Both the position numbers and the translations under genes were made by a program. The notes beneath the pieces are model-generated. The model had not been told where the DNA came from, made no database searches, and was given only the letters and a program-made list of their open reading frames with translations. This document shows positions 40,301 to 49,221 of a stretch of 64,000 nt of DNA, one piece after another. Every line of letters begins with the position of its first letter. The first letter of the stretch is position 1. This DNA comes from a virus (lineage: Duplodnaviria > Heunggongvirae > Uroviricota > Caudoviricetes): IMG/VR virus record IMGVR_UViG_3300049049_000146, positions 259,216 to 323,215 of that record. One strand, given 5' to 3'.

Positions 40301-41699
40301 GAGTAGTTCCCGGCTCTCTCGCCTGCGTCAATGTAGGGTCAAGCTCAGGCTGATCGGTTGGCGAATCGGCAACAGGCGTCGCAGCGGGCTGCAGATCCTC
40401 CAAGCTGCCACCGAGCAGGCGGAATTGATTGGAGAGATCGTCGTATTCCTCGCGCTCCTCGGCACTCAACACGTCCAGAGAGCCGCCCGCGGCCTGAACA
40501 CGCTGACGAAGCACAGAAAGACGCTCACCAATCGCCGCTGCTTCACGGCGACGTGCGGTCTGAAGGCGGCTATCGACTGTCTGATCGGCCTCGTCCGTGA
40601 GGCGCTGCGAATCGCCAACGAACGTCAGGGCAGCAATCAGGTCGGGGAACGGAAGAGAGACCCAAGGATTAGCGTACTGCGAGCTACGGACGAGGTCCGT
40701 GAAGAAGCTATTGCTGAATTGCTGGTTCGACTGAGGGCTGAAGATTCGAAGGCCAGTGAAGGGCTGCTGGTTCGTAGGGTCAGCCCCCTGCGTCGCCTGC
40801 TGACTTGGAAGGCATGCCAGCACGTTGTTCGAATTCACGCGCATGCTTGACATCAGGTGACGAATGTCAGCGCAAGAAATCGAAATGGTATTCCTACCCG
40901 TGATGTAATCCTCACTGATAGGCTTGCTTACAACGTATCCGGTAAATACTGGAATCCACTCATCAAATTCAGACGCAGGGTTGTGAATCCACACGCGCAC
41001 GCAGTCGTTCTTGTGAAAGACCGTGCTCCAGTGGTGAAGCGGAAAGCGACGTCCGCCTGATTCGTCGTCGATCGGGTTGTAGTCGATGTCCCGCTTACGT
41101 CGGAACATCGCAGCCTTAGCAGATTCGTCGTAGTCAAAGTCTACAACACGCCCATCTTCGCCACTCGATGTTCTGAAGCGATTCAGCTGAATATTTTCTG
41201 GCGTCAGAGTGAATCTGTGCCCCGCATTATCGAGCGTGAGATCGCACTTGTTTGGCTCGGCACCGGATCCATAGCTCACGGAAATGTGGCCGGACAGGAA
41301 GGGTGTTACGTTCTGCCCCTCGATGTAAACGATCACGTCATGGTAGTAGACCTGGTGCACCCTTTCGGTGAAGTAGTGCGGCGCGTAAGCTCGGCGAGGA
41401 CGCGTAGCTTCGGTCGAAGCTGTCGAGGTACCGGGCACCTCTTCAGTTTCGTCCTCCGATCGAGAAGAAACAGTTGACGTAGCAGCACGTTCGGCTGCTG
41501 CCGCCTGCTGCTGAGGCGTAAGGCCGTCAGCTAGGGGTACCTGGTCAACGATCGTTTCCGTATGCGGAAGGTCTTGCTCAGCAATTCCTTCAGCAAGACC
41601 ACGATCATCGACAAGACTAGGCGTAGCAGCAAGCTCTTCGCCTGGGCGGCGAAGCCTGCTAGCGTCCTGTCCTCTGATGAATCTTAGCTCGTCAGCCAT
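37386..41699 (-). CDS. baseplate hub-like tail protein with C-terminal M23 peptidase
   Basis: Hub motifs (VYIEGQNVT, VFTGYV, FWVSGAGDLIFE); M23 zinc motifs HPGVD and HIHFE at ~38090-38405. Confidence 0.8.
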   Translation of the reverse strand: MADELRFIRGQDASRLRRPGEELAATPSLVDDRGLAEGIAEQDLPHTETIVDQVPLADGLTPQQQAAAAERAATSTVSSRSEDETEEVPGTSTASTEATRPRRAYAPHYFTERVHQVYYHDVIVYIEGQNVTPFLSGHISVSYGSGAEPNKCDLTLDNAGHRFTLTPENIQLNRFRTSSGEDGRVVDFDYDESAKAAMFRRKRDIDYNPIDDESGGRRFPLHHWSTVFHKNDCVRVWIHNPASEFDEWIPVFTGYVVSKPISEDYITGRNTISISCADIRHLMSSMRVNSNNVLACLPSQQATQGADPTNQQPFTGLRIFSPQSNQQFSNSFFTDLVRSSQYANPWVSLPFPDLIAALTFVGDSQRLTDEADQTVDSRLQTARRREAAAIGERLSVLRQRVQAAGGSLDVLSAEEREEYDDLSNQFRLLGGSLEDLQPAATPVADSPTDQPELDPTLTQAREPGTTPVAPPGTSESDVSGVASQRIEYRRVQSNGSGRIGRMRPGVFPYDDEAVPTDPPRSYMHECYYPSVRDDSTVRRWWARWYNLCFFSSPRRHEPISRTGEVQDSPVDHSAVYRRYWREREVHAAGRQTRREGLWQPDAQAVHMALPGIDTPFGDLIWEMATIAGQAVAQNHNWTTRLQLIVDACETVDYRFWVSGAGDLIFEFAQYDFNPRDYGPWQEVLTLDHHLKNESFDEEGGEVVTAVVVNGSYTGRADVSDPESFGRFIPNSVGIWSPSMASRHGLNVRVRSFPQIVNQDRLNQLASLEFQKLLAAADRYQIQIAFRPWLLINKPVFNKYRDRFALVENVSWQLPVTNGAGVGHSPPTMNITLNYSRSFDELGVPRFITGGPSQPMYFGQRVGGDGQVLQTIQERVNEFRSAIQSLQSEGGSVTAEQFRELREHYNAILPNRQDTYNVLAASFQGERTRPEGEEDERIIALRELDARVAELMTSAGSMSESERQEALRDLRAQADEVLQSLRDSGIEPRTSRSASAGVRPDVGVTGVRSTVQPLDESERDSDPQGPEDPGPPCYPGDPDLFSAPTGAARRTYPLWAAFRSAIQSGQRRRVLESYAEGRLPDDQIPRGVGTWQFAGEFPRIVTSPFGARSGGWHPGVDIPMDLDEPVYAVADGVVFYISPEDGDGQGMGVGLIHKGGFCTFYRHQRRLADEIELGAAVKRHQVISYCGFSGTERRETMTHIHFETAVIKYSPTYDRYVPSQFPEVTRLRATLVDVSASAVTAGQRLVNGVGSATISMATISPELAQRFDLTFLPRRDGNFVLPRTFLFYSPVPQADPFSDATNPAAREPSRTDVISLQAYYRDWGLKGIPALRLPAEPRRFTTEPVPEVDSSATGVRLRRQQQARDAVIRRNERTLAELEEYTAQRDRQKALFSGAVAPDTCPPERYEGNVPRQPGEPLPDQARLTREMAEATYRSREG

Positions 41700-41722
41700 T
41701 CTTACCCAAGTGAAGACTACTC

Positions 41723-41733
41723 GTAGAGATAAC
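41723..41733 (-). promoter_or_regulatory. candidate phage promoter motif GTTATCTCTAC
   Basis: Immediately downstream of the terminator, at the start of the tail module. Confidence 0.45.
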
Positions 41734-41745
41734 CCAGAATGGCCA

Positions 41746-41782
41746 GAAAAACAAACGCCCCAGCGGGGGTGCCGGGGCGTTT
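41746..41782 (-). terminator. rho-independent terminator ending the replication block
   Basis: AAACGCCCCGGC-loop-GCTGGGGCGTTT followed by GTTTTT on the minus strand. Confidence 0.8.
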
Positions 41783-41794
41783 CTTCGAGACGAA

Positions 41795-42307
41795 CTACTG
41801 AATTTCTTCAGCGATTCTGCCTGGTTTGCAGACTCTATCCACGTGATAGGTCATCCAGGGGTCGGCGACAGCACACTGGGTGACTCCGATGGTCTTCAAA
41901 CCCAACATAGAGGCGTAAGCTAACTCCAACCCCACTCGACCACGACCGAGCGAATCGAGGTCAACGACGAAGTAATCGGAGCGCAGGAGCACCCACAGGT
42001 CCTGCATGACCAACCCTTCGATGTTAAAAGGGTTCTGCATGGCGTAGGCAGAGATTTTGTCACCTCTGGCTTCAAGCAATGAAGGAGTTAGGCGAGCAGA
42101 ATAGCGCCCGGAAGCGACCGTACTAAGGCGTTCAACCCGTGACGCACTTACCGACCGAGAAGCAAGTTCAACCATCGTCTGCGGTACGATCTGCCCACCA
42201 GACAAGTAGAACGCCGCTCTGTCCTTGAACTGAGCGATCGTTTCTTCAACCCAAGTAGGGACGTCGCGAGAGTCGCAGGGGTACCCTACGTAGATGACAT
42301 TGATCAT
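41795..42307 (-). CDS. nucleoside 2-deoxyribosyltransferase-like protein
   Basis: DLWVLLRSDYFVVDLD...GLELAYASMLGLKTIG matches the NDT/Rcl pattern with catalytic Glu. Confidence 0.65.
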   Translation of the reverse strand: MINVIYVGYPCDSRDVPTWVEETIAQFKDRAAFYLSGGQIVPQTMVELASRSVSASRVERLSTVASGRYSARLTPSLLEARGDKISAYAMQNPFNIEGLVMQDLWVLLRSDYFVVDLDSLGRGRVGLELAYASMLGLKTIGVTQCAVADPWMTYHVDRVCKPGRIAEEIQ

Positions 42308-42825
42308 CGGAGGTCCCGTCGAGCGAACTCACGATCAATTACGTGATTCACGATGCGGTCTGCGTCAGCCTTCTCAAGAAGGCAGGAGCAGATGTGGCGA
42401 ATGACGTACACTTCATCAATCTTCTCCAGTACGTCAGTCACATCCTTCGACTTGAAGGTAAGCGCCTGGTCTCCGACCTGGTTGTTGAAATCTGAAATGT
42501 ACTGGGTAATGCGTGTCAGGGCGTTGTAGTAGCCCATGTAACGCTGAAGGCGGTCGTTTACCGCGGAAAAGAGGATCTCTTCGTAAGCCTTCGCGTTGTC
42601 ATCCGTAATGTTGTCGTCCGAGAACGAATTGGCCAGGGCATCGTGAAGCTCCTGGCGCATCGAGTCCATCTGCTCTTCTAAGATGGCGGCAGCGCTCTCG
42701 CGCTCCTCGGCCGACATCTCCGCTACTTCCACGGAGAAGTCGTTGAGCAGGTGCTTCAGCCTGTTCTCAAACTGCGAGATAACGCTCAATCGAGCGGCGC
42801 GGGGGCTGAGTTTGGGACGAGTCAT
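42304..42825 (-). CDS. hypothetical protein
   Basis: 173 aa, ATGA-coupled. Confidence 0.75.
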   Translation of the reverse strand: MTRPKLSPRAARLSVISQFENRLKHLLNDFSVEVAEMSAEERESAAAILEEQMDSMRQELHDALANSFSDDNITDDNAKAYEEILFSAVNDRLQRYMGYYNALTRITQYISDFNNQVGDQALTFKSKDVTDVLEKIDEVYVIRHICSCLLEKADADRIVNHVIDREFARRDLR

Positions 42826-43403
42826 ACTTTGTCCGCAAGAGTCTGCTTGCTCTTGCGCCCTACGTTCGAGAGACCGCCTTCGTACATCATCTCCTTCACA
42901 ATCTCAACCTGAGTGCGAAGGATGTTGAAGGACTGGTTGATATTCTGGTTTACCAGGTGAGCGGCGTCAACCAGGCGTGATACCCTGTCGAGCTTCTCCT
43001 CAATCTCAGGGCATGTGATGGAAATGACTGCATTTCGCTGCGTGTCATTCTTCAGGTTGAGCACTTCCTTCTTCAGGAACAGCTGCGCGCGAACAATAGA
43101 CAGAAGGCGCTCCAGACGACCCTTAACCGGGTTCAGTGTCAGCAGCAGATATGACGTACGATCCTTGTACGACTTGATCTGTTCTGCGATCTCCATGCCC
43201 TTCTGAAGGTCTGCTGGGCCATGGATTCTCTTGACGAGCTTATCAGCTTCCTCCATGTGCGGGAAATACTGCTGAAGTTCATCAAGGATCGACATGTCGA
43301 TCTTGATCTTCTTGGCCGAATCAAGAGCCTTTGCGATAGGAGGCTCCTGTCGGTACTCCGCAGCACGTGCCTGCCAAGAGTTAGTTGCGAGTTCGTCAGT
43401 CAT
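42822..43403 (-). CDS. helical protein, possibly UvsY-like recombination mediator
   Basis: Long-helix pattern LKNDTQRNAVI..EIEEKL..INQSFNILRTQVEIVK; sits in the recA/Mre11 gene run. Confidence 0.4.
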   Translation of the reverse strand: MTDELATNSWQARAAEYRQEPPIAKALDSAKKIKIDMSILDELQQYFPHMEEADKLVKRIHGPADLQKGMEIAEQIKSYKDRTSYLLLTLNPVKGRLERLLSIVRAQLFLKKEVLNLKNDTQRNAVISITCPEIEEKLDRVSRLVDAAHLVNQNINQSFNILRTQVEIVKEMMYEGGLSNVGRKSKQTLADKV

Positions 43404-43654
43404 CGGTCCACCATGACTTTCATATTAGGCACGCCGGGGTAAGCGGGGACGTTTACAAGCCGACGAACACAAAGGAAGGTGTTGTTCAACATACGGAAAT
43501 CGACAGCACCGTGACGCTCCTTTACGATCTTCGCGAACCAAGAAGCGATCACCTCAACGCGAGAGTTGAATTGCTCCGCGTCTGGTACGTCGACCAAAAG
43601 CAAGACGTGCTGGCCCTGGTTCAGAGCCTCCCACACTTTCGTATAGTCTCTCAT
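43400..43654 (-). CDS. hypothetical protein
   Basis: 84 aa, ATGA-coupled. Confidence 0.7.
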   Translation of the reverse strand: MRDYTKVWEALNQGQHVLLLVDVPDAEQFNSRVEVIASWFAKIVKERHGAVDFRMLNNTFLCVRRLVNVPAYPGVPNMKVMVDR

Positions 43655-44682
43655 TCCACGACGCTCGAAAGAAGTGTCTCTATCTCGCCGAGAGCGATCT
43701 CAAGTTCCTCGTCTGTAGGATTCTGTTGGCGAATACCTTGCGTCAACTTATCCCGGAGGGAAGAGCCTACGTCAATCGCAAGAGACGTGATCGACTTCTC
43801 GTAATCGAACTTCACGACGTTCTCAGGAAGCTCCATCGAGGAAAGCTCCTGAGCGTCTCGCACCTTGAGCTTTACGAACGCTCCCTTAGGGACGATGTCG
43901 TCCTTCCCTGCTTTCACCAGCTGGTTAGAAGGGACGGGAACGAACTTGGGATGCTCGGGATCGTCTGTGTCGACGATAAGCACACCTTTCGGCCAATCAT
44001 CGTCGAACTTAGTCTGAACCGGGGACCCGCTGTAGAACGCCTTCGACCCGACGGCCTGATGCTTGTGGATGTCCCCACAAGCCCAATAAGTCACTGGAAG
44101 GGTCATGTCCGGAGCTTCTTCACCGGTCTTCATGCGGTAGTGAGACCCATCCTTCATCCGAGCGTCGGTGAGAGATCCTTGAATCGTCTCGTGACAGACG
44201 ACAACGAAGCTACTCGCTCCGGTGTCGATGGAGGAACGATGATAATCTCGCACGGCTCGCCTGGAATCCTTGCGGAAGTGTCCGGGGCGATGGCACAGCA
44301 GGCAGAAAACCGTGTCTCGAATCTTGACGTAGGCCGTATGCTCCACGATCGTTGAATTCTTGAACCTGCCGTGAGCATGAAGCATAGCCAGATAGTGAAT
44401 CGCCGTCTCGCCTTGAGCGTTCACTAGGTCGTGGTTCCCTGGAATGCAGAGGATGTGGTACCCTGCTGCATCGTACTCCAGGAACTTACGCTGAACTAAA
44501 TGACGCTCCTCGGGTGAGGGGTCAGGGATGTCAAAAACATCCCCAGCCACAACGACCACGTCAACATCCTGATCGTAAGCAATATCGAAGATCGCGTCGA
44601 GCATCGCTTCCTGGCGTTCCAGGAAGCGTGGCAAGAAGCGCGTACCTCCGATATGCAGATCTGCCGTGTGCAGAAAACGCAT
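43651..44682 (-). CDS. Mre11/SbcD-like metallophosphoesterase nuclease (gp47-like)
   Basis: HTADLH, AGDVFD, GNHD, GDIH, YSGSP motifs. Confidence 0.9.
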   Translation of the reverse strand: MRFLHTADLHIGGTRFLPRFLERQEAMLDAIFDIAYDQDVDVVVVAGDVFDIPDPSPEERHLVQRKFLEYDAAGYHILCIPGNHDLVNAQGETAIHYLAMLHAHGRFKNSTIVEHTAYVKIRDTVFCLLCHRPGHFRKDSRRAVRDYHRSSIDTGASSFVVVCHETIQGSLTDARMKDGSHYRMKTGEEAPDMTLPVTYWACGDIHKHQAVGSKAFYSGSPVQTKFDDDWPKGVLIVDTDDPEHPKFVPVPSNQLVKAGKDDIVPKGAFVKLKVRDAQELSSMELPENVVKFDYEKSITSLAIDVGSSLRDKLTQGIRQQNPTDEELEIALGEIETLLSSVVE

Positions 44683-45291
44683 TCAGATATCCGGAGTGAT
44701 GCCTTCGACCTTCAGGTAGTTGAGAATCTTCGCGCTGGCTTCTTCGCGGGTGTAGAAGCGCCCAAGGTCTCGTTCGCCAGAGACGAAGTATTGCTTATAG
44801 GCCGCGGACCACAGACGTACCTGAGAGATACCGATCTGTTCCGTGGACAACTTCATCTTGAACTGGACCAGAACAACCCAGTGCTGCTTACAGGGCATCA
44901 CCAGGCCGAACCAGGTAGCAACTCCGTCGGCGATCTGCACCTTATAGAGGTTCAGAGCGACGAACAGACTCCGCTGCTTGAGCGCGGGAAGAATCCTGTC
45001 GTAGGCTGTCTCGTCGATAACAGTGATGTTCAACGAGCTAGCGAGAAACCGAGCCATCGGTAGGATGAAACGGATTTCGGCGTTCTTCACCTGAGGAGGT
45101 ACGTCAGGGAATGCTGTATCAGGCCGAAAAGAGAATTCGACCTTGTCGTCAGGACCGATGATGTTCGGGTTCGTATTGCCGTGAACGATGGCGTTACCAT
45201 CAAGGTCGAACAGAGCGCCATCAACCTTGGCGGTGGGGTCGCGCATCAGCGCGCCATCCCGCAGAAGTTCAGTAACAGGGCGATTGCTCAC
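44683..45291 (-). CDS. hypothetical protein
   Basis: 202 aa, coupled. Confidence 0.7.
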   Translation of the reverse strand: MSNRPVTELLRDGALMRDPTAKVDGALFDLDGNAIVHGNTNPNIIGPDDKVEFSFRPDTAFPDVPPQVKNAEIRFILPMARFLASSLNITVIDETAYDRILPALKQRSLFVALNLYKVQIADGVATWFGLVMPCKQHWVVLVQFKMKLSTEQIGISQVRLWSAAYKQYFVSGERDLGRFYTREEASAKILNYLKVEGITPDI

Positions 45292-45806
45292 GAATTACCC
45301 TCCACAAGAGGAAGAACATAGCTCTTCAAGTACGAAGAGCAGACCTTCTCCGCGGTCAGCATCTTGCTGCACGTCGTGAAGATTTCCTTCCCGTTGTCGA
45401 TGAGAGTAATACCCTGAAGTCGGGCACCACGAACGTCGTACGATGCGTGCAACGAAAGGACGCGACGTCCCTTCACAAACACAGCGAATGGGATCCACTG
45501 GGCACTCAAGATGCCCTTCTTCTTGGTGATGCGCTGGTCAACGAAATCGAACACCGCGTACGAACGGTCAGCGAGATCTTCTTCGCGTTCGGTCTCCAGC
45601 GCCTCCAAGACAAGCAGATCGCATTTAATGGTACGTGCGAGGCGCTCTGCGAGCGAACGCAACGCAAACTGAAGAACAAGAGAATGCTGACGCATTCTCG
45701 TCTCCTGAAAGTCAACAACGTTCCCTGAACGGAGCGCTACTGCGTCCGAGTTGAGGGAAAGGGTCGTAGACTTACGTACCATCGGTACAACGTTCGTGAT
45801 TCCCAT
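45288..45806 (-). CDS. hypothetical protein
   Basis: 172 aa; motif GTTATCTC directly abuts the ATG. Confidence 0.7.
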   Translation of the reverse strand: MGITNVVPMVRKSTTLSLNSDAVALRSGNVVDFQETRMRQHSLVLQFALRSLAERLARTIKCDLLVLEALETEREEDLADRSYAVFDFVDQRITKKKGILSAQWIPFAVFVKGRRVLSLHASYDVRGARLQGITLIDNGKEIFTTCSKMLTAEKVCSSYLKSYVLPLVEGNS

Positions 45807-45838
45807 GAGATAACGGTCCTGACGCCTGTTTTACAAGG

Positions 45839-47134
45839 TCAGTCCCTGTTGATCACCTCAAGCATCTCACTCTCTTCGTCAGCAGCGCGTCGCCCGCGCT
45901 TCTTCTTCGGCACAGGCAGCGCTTCGGCTTCCTCGTACTGCTCCTTGAGGGCCTTGAGAGGGTTGACCTCGTCCGCAGCGGCTTCCTCGTCCACCGCGTA
46001 CACGTCTTCCCAGTTGTTAGCCGCGAAGTACATCTTGAACGCGGTGCCCGATTCGATCTGGCTGCGGCACACGTCGCGGAAAGCGTTCGTGCAGAACAGC
46101 GCCATCAATTCGTCCACGCTCTGGTAGCTCTTGCCGTTCCAGTCGAAGTTCTCACCATCAAGCTGCATGTTGAGCAGCTTGCGACTTCCCTTCGCCTCCA
46201 GCTGCCCGGTCAGCTGCAAGTACCCGTAGGCGTCACGGCCGCGTTCGTATCCGCGCCCGAAAGCAACGGCGAGAGTATCCTTACACTCCAAGAACGGAAC
46301 GAACTGCTTGTTCTTCTTCGTGGAGATATTCACGTAGCGCATCGAACGATTGCGCTCCTCGAATACCTTACCGACCGCCTGGAACCTGATCTTCAGGTCG
46401 GGGTAGAAATCAACAGCCTGGCCACCGGGCTCGTACTCAGGGTTGCCGTACATTACGCCCGGCTTGAGACGAGTCTGGTTGGTGGCGAACAAGCTACAGT
46501 TCTTACGGCCGAGCTTGCTCTTGATGAGCGGCATGAACTGCGAGTGCACCGCGGCCTGCGCAGCCATACGAATGTTCTCGTCATCCTCCTCAATCGCTTC
46601 AGGCAGCATGGCTGCAAGCGAATCGATCAGGAACAAAGCAGGAGGGAACGGACGTCCTCCAGGACCGGGGGTGTAATCCGGCATCGACGACAGAAGACGG
46701 CTGATAACGCGATACGTTGCCTCTGCCGTGGTCGGCTGGAAGTAGTTGAAGAGCGGGTTCTTGGTCCCGTCCTTCAGTCGAATCTTGATTCCGAGCGAAT
46801 GGAGGTACTTGCTGTCCGCCGACGCTTCATGGTCGAACAAGAAGACAGGAATACCCAGCTTGATCGCGCTGGAAATCAAGTGGTAACTGCAAGTGCTCTT
46901 GCTGCTACCTGGCAAGCCGTAGGTATTTCCGATCTTACCTGGCGGCATTCCACCACCAGTGATCAGGTCAAGAACGAGACTTCCGAAGGAAATAGCGCCC
47001 TGGACGTAGGAACCACGGTCAAGGTTGACGGGAGGGTTGTCGTTTTCAGCACCGATAGCTTCTGCCTTACGAGCAAGCTCAAGCGGGTCGGTGGTAAAAA
47101 CCTTCTCTGGTACGGACTTCTTCTCTTTTGCCAT
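45839..47134 (-). CDS. recA: RecA/UvsX recombinase
   Basis: ISFGSLVLDLITGGGMPPGKI, Walker A GLPGSSKS, FDHE, IDSLAAM, NQTRLKPGVMYGNPEYEPGG. Confidence 0.92.
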   Translation of the reverse strand: MAKEKKSVPEKVFTTDPLELARKAEAIGAENDNPPVNLDRGSYVQGAISFGSLVLDLITGGGMPPGKIGNTYGLPGSSKSTCSYHLISSAIKLGIPVFLFDHEASADSKYLHSLGIKIRLKDGTKNPLFNYFQPTTAEATYRVISRLLSSMPDYTPGPGGRPFPPALFLIDSLAAMLPEAIEEDDENIRMAAQAAVHSQFMPLIKSKLGRKNCSLFATNQTRLKPGVMYGNPEYEPGGQAVDFYPDLKIRFQAVGKVFEERNRSMRYVNISTKKNKQFVPFLECKDTLAVAFGRGYERGRDAYGYLQLTGQLEAKGSRKLLNMQLDGENFDWNGKSYQSVDELMALFCTNAFRDVCRSQIESGTAFKMYFAANNWEDVYAVDEEAAADEVNPLKALKEQYEEAEALPVPKKKRGRRAADEESEMLEVINRD

Positions 47135-47147
47135 GTGACGGACTCTT

Positions 47148-47164
47148 TACGGTTTACGGGGTTA
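47148..47164 (-). promoter_or_regulatory. TAACCCCG-TAAACCG-TA motif upstream of recA (shared with ssb)
   Basis: Near-identical to 50318..50333; both end 14 nt before the ATG. Confidence 0.55.
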
Positions 47165-48907
47165 CTGTGTACGTTGAACTAGAACGATGTGCCCTTTTGC
47201 ATCAAAGCAGAAAGGACTCGACCAAGCGGTAGACGCGGATTGCAGTACGGGGTCAGCGTTCGCAGGAAGCCAGACGCGTAGAGCGCTGTCGTCCTCCGGA
47301 CATCTGAATTTCGGACGAAGAGACTTCGTCGAAATCAAGGCACAAGCATTCTGTGCCCACTCCCAATAGTAGCGCATAAACGCATCAAGGGGAGCCCCAG
47401 AACGCACAGAATCGATCTCCTCTTCTGCCTCGGCGCAGAAATCAGCGTCAAGAAGATCGGGTACTGTCTTCTTGAGAAATGTTACGAGTGACTCACCACG
47501 CAACGTAGGGCGTACGGTGCCTCCGTGGATGATTACGTAACCTTCGTCAAGGAGATGAGTGAACATACTTCGGTAAAGCGAGGGGCGCCCCATCATCGCC
47601 TCGTCGAGCTTGTGCAGGAGGGAAGCGTACGTATGGCGTACAGGCCCCGAGCTACGAGGGCGGACAGCGTAGTCGATGATGGTCAACTGACCGTCTTCGA
47701 GCGTCTGGCCGCGGTCTAGGAACAGCTTACTACTCAGTTGATGCCATCCGAGACTACTAGAAGCGGCGCCACGAGCCCGAAGAACAATTCCATCCGCTTC
47801 GTGAACACATTCCTGCGTGTCGACAACGTAAGAATTTCCCTGAGTAGCTAGAGTGCGGAACCAAATCGCCGAGTAAACGGTTCGAAGGTCCCCTCCCAGC
47901 GAGGAATCTGCAGGGCTCACCTTGATTGCGACGGGGCGAACGGCCTCTTCACCTCCATCGACACCAAAACGAGTCGACGGAGATAGAAGTGACGAACCAA
48001 AAGTCTTCAGTACGTAATCTCGAACCTGGTCAACGGTCGAACACCTTAGTGTAGTCGCTTGCGTGTACGGGTACGTGATCATACCCATCGCGTACAAGGC
48101 GTCACACAAATCAAGAGACTTAGCTGGCGAGAAGTCGTATCGAGCGGCGAGGAAATGAAGCAGTGATGAGGTGTTAAATGGCGCTGGTGCTGGTACTGCC
48201 TCACGGGCTGAGGTGTACGCGGGAGCAGCTAGCTTAACCTTCTCTGCCGCGGTGATGGCTTCCTGCTCCGAGGGGAACGAAACAACCGATTCAGAGATCG
48301 ATCCGTCCTCCAACGTGGCGTAAATAGCCCACTGCTTCTCGCTGGGGCGGCCTCGAACCTTACGTTCACGACGCGCTAGATGGTTCAACAGGAAGGCGGT
48401 CGAGAGACGAAGAACTCCCGCCCCCGGCCCTAGCCGCTTCTCAACCAACGGCCCAATCTCGAACGCAATAAAGCGCTCAATGGCCTCGCGGGCTAGGTAA
48501 GCGTTTACCTGTGACTCGTTGATCGAGGATCTCACCTCCAACGCCGCAGCCACAGCACCAGAGGTAAGCTCGCTTACTCGAACGCGGTTGAACGGTTTTC
48601 CGCAGACCTCTGACGTGATCGAGATCTGCTTAGCTATGAATTCACCCTCATCGTCGTCCAAAGTCAGAGCGACTACTTCGTCTGCTTCCGAAATGGCTGC
48701 TTTGATCCGAGCCATCGTCTTCGAGTCACGCACGCCGTACTTCGGAACGAAGTTCTCCTTGGGGTCGAATGCGCGCTGCTTCTTAGGCAGACCGGCGTAG
48801 ATTCCGTTGCAAGAAATCACGCTGACGTCGCTGATCTTCGCAGCAACGCCAGACAACAAACTTGCTCGGGCAGGAGATTCGACGATCAGAAGTCGCATGC
48901 TACTCAA
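47162..48907 (-). CDS. topA: divergent type IA DNA topoisomerase (possibly inactive)
   Basis: LIVESPA, DxEGE, PAPFNTSSL, GMITYP (catalytic Tyr), EAVRP, GRPSLY; several catalytic motifs substituted. Confidence 0.85.
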   Translation of the reverse strand: MSSMRLLIVESPARASLLSGVAAKISDVSVISCNGIYAGLPKKQRAFDPKENFVPKYGVRDSKTMARIKAAISEADEVVALTLDDDEGEFIAKQISITSEVCGKPFNRVRVSELTSGAVAAALEVRSSINESQVNAYLAREAIERFIAFEIGPLVEKRLGPGAGVLRLSTAFLLNHLARRERKVRGRPSEKQWAIYATLEDGSISESVVSFPSEQEAITAAEKVKLAAPAYTSAREAVPAPAPFNTSSLLHFLAARYDFSPAKSLDLCDALYAMGMITYPYTQATTLRCSTVDQVRDYVLKTFGSSLLSPSTRFGVDGGEEAVRPVAIKVSPADSSLGGDLRTVYSAIWFRTLATQGNSYVVDTQECVHEADGIVLRARGAASSSLGWHQLSSKLFLDRGQTLEDGQLTIIDYAVRPRSSGPVRHTYASLLHKLDEAMMGRPSLYRSMFTHLLDEGYVIIHGGTVRPTLRGESLVTFLKKTVPDLLDADFCAEAEEEIDSVRSGAPLDAFMRYYWEWAQNACALISTKSLRPKFRCPEDDSALRVWLPANADPVLQSASTAWSSPFCFDAKGHIVLVQRTQ

Positions 48908-49202
48908 CCGAAGACACTGCTTCCATCACCTCTTCTTCGATGGGAACTCCAACGCTCTTGTGGCGAAGACGTCCACCGGAGAAAAGTCTCAATTGAGGCA
49001 CACGAACACAAGCGAATTCCTCGATCTTCGAGGTCTTGTCAGAGACAGGTACGACGAAAACCTCGAAATCGTTGGCGCGCAGCCGTGTCTCAAGAAGAGA
49101 AAAGACCGATCTTGCGCGCGTACACAGGGGCTCGTTCTCCTGGATGAGAAGGACGGCCACATTCGCTCGTGAGCGAATCTGAGAGAGTGCCTGTTCGTGC
49201 AT
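48900..49202 (-). CDS. thioredoxin-fold protein lacking CxxC
   Basis: 100 aa; EPLC in place of CxxC; cis-Pro loop RVPQLRLFSGG. Confidence 0.6.
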   Translation of the reverse strand: MHEQALSQIRSRANVAVLLIQENEPLCTRARSVFSLLETRLRANDFEVFVVPVSDKTSKIEEFACVRVPQLRLFSGGRLRHKSVGVPIEEEVMEAVSSVE

Positions 49203-49221
49203 GTCTGCCTCAATATGAGGG

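Noticed and set aside
46895-46921. RecA Walker A deviation (GLPGSSKS) as evidence of inactivity
   Set aside because: Lys/Ser and the catalytic Glu are retained; phage UvsX proteins vary at this Gly position
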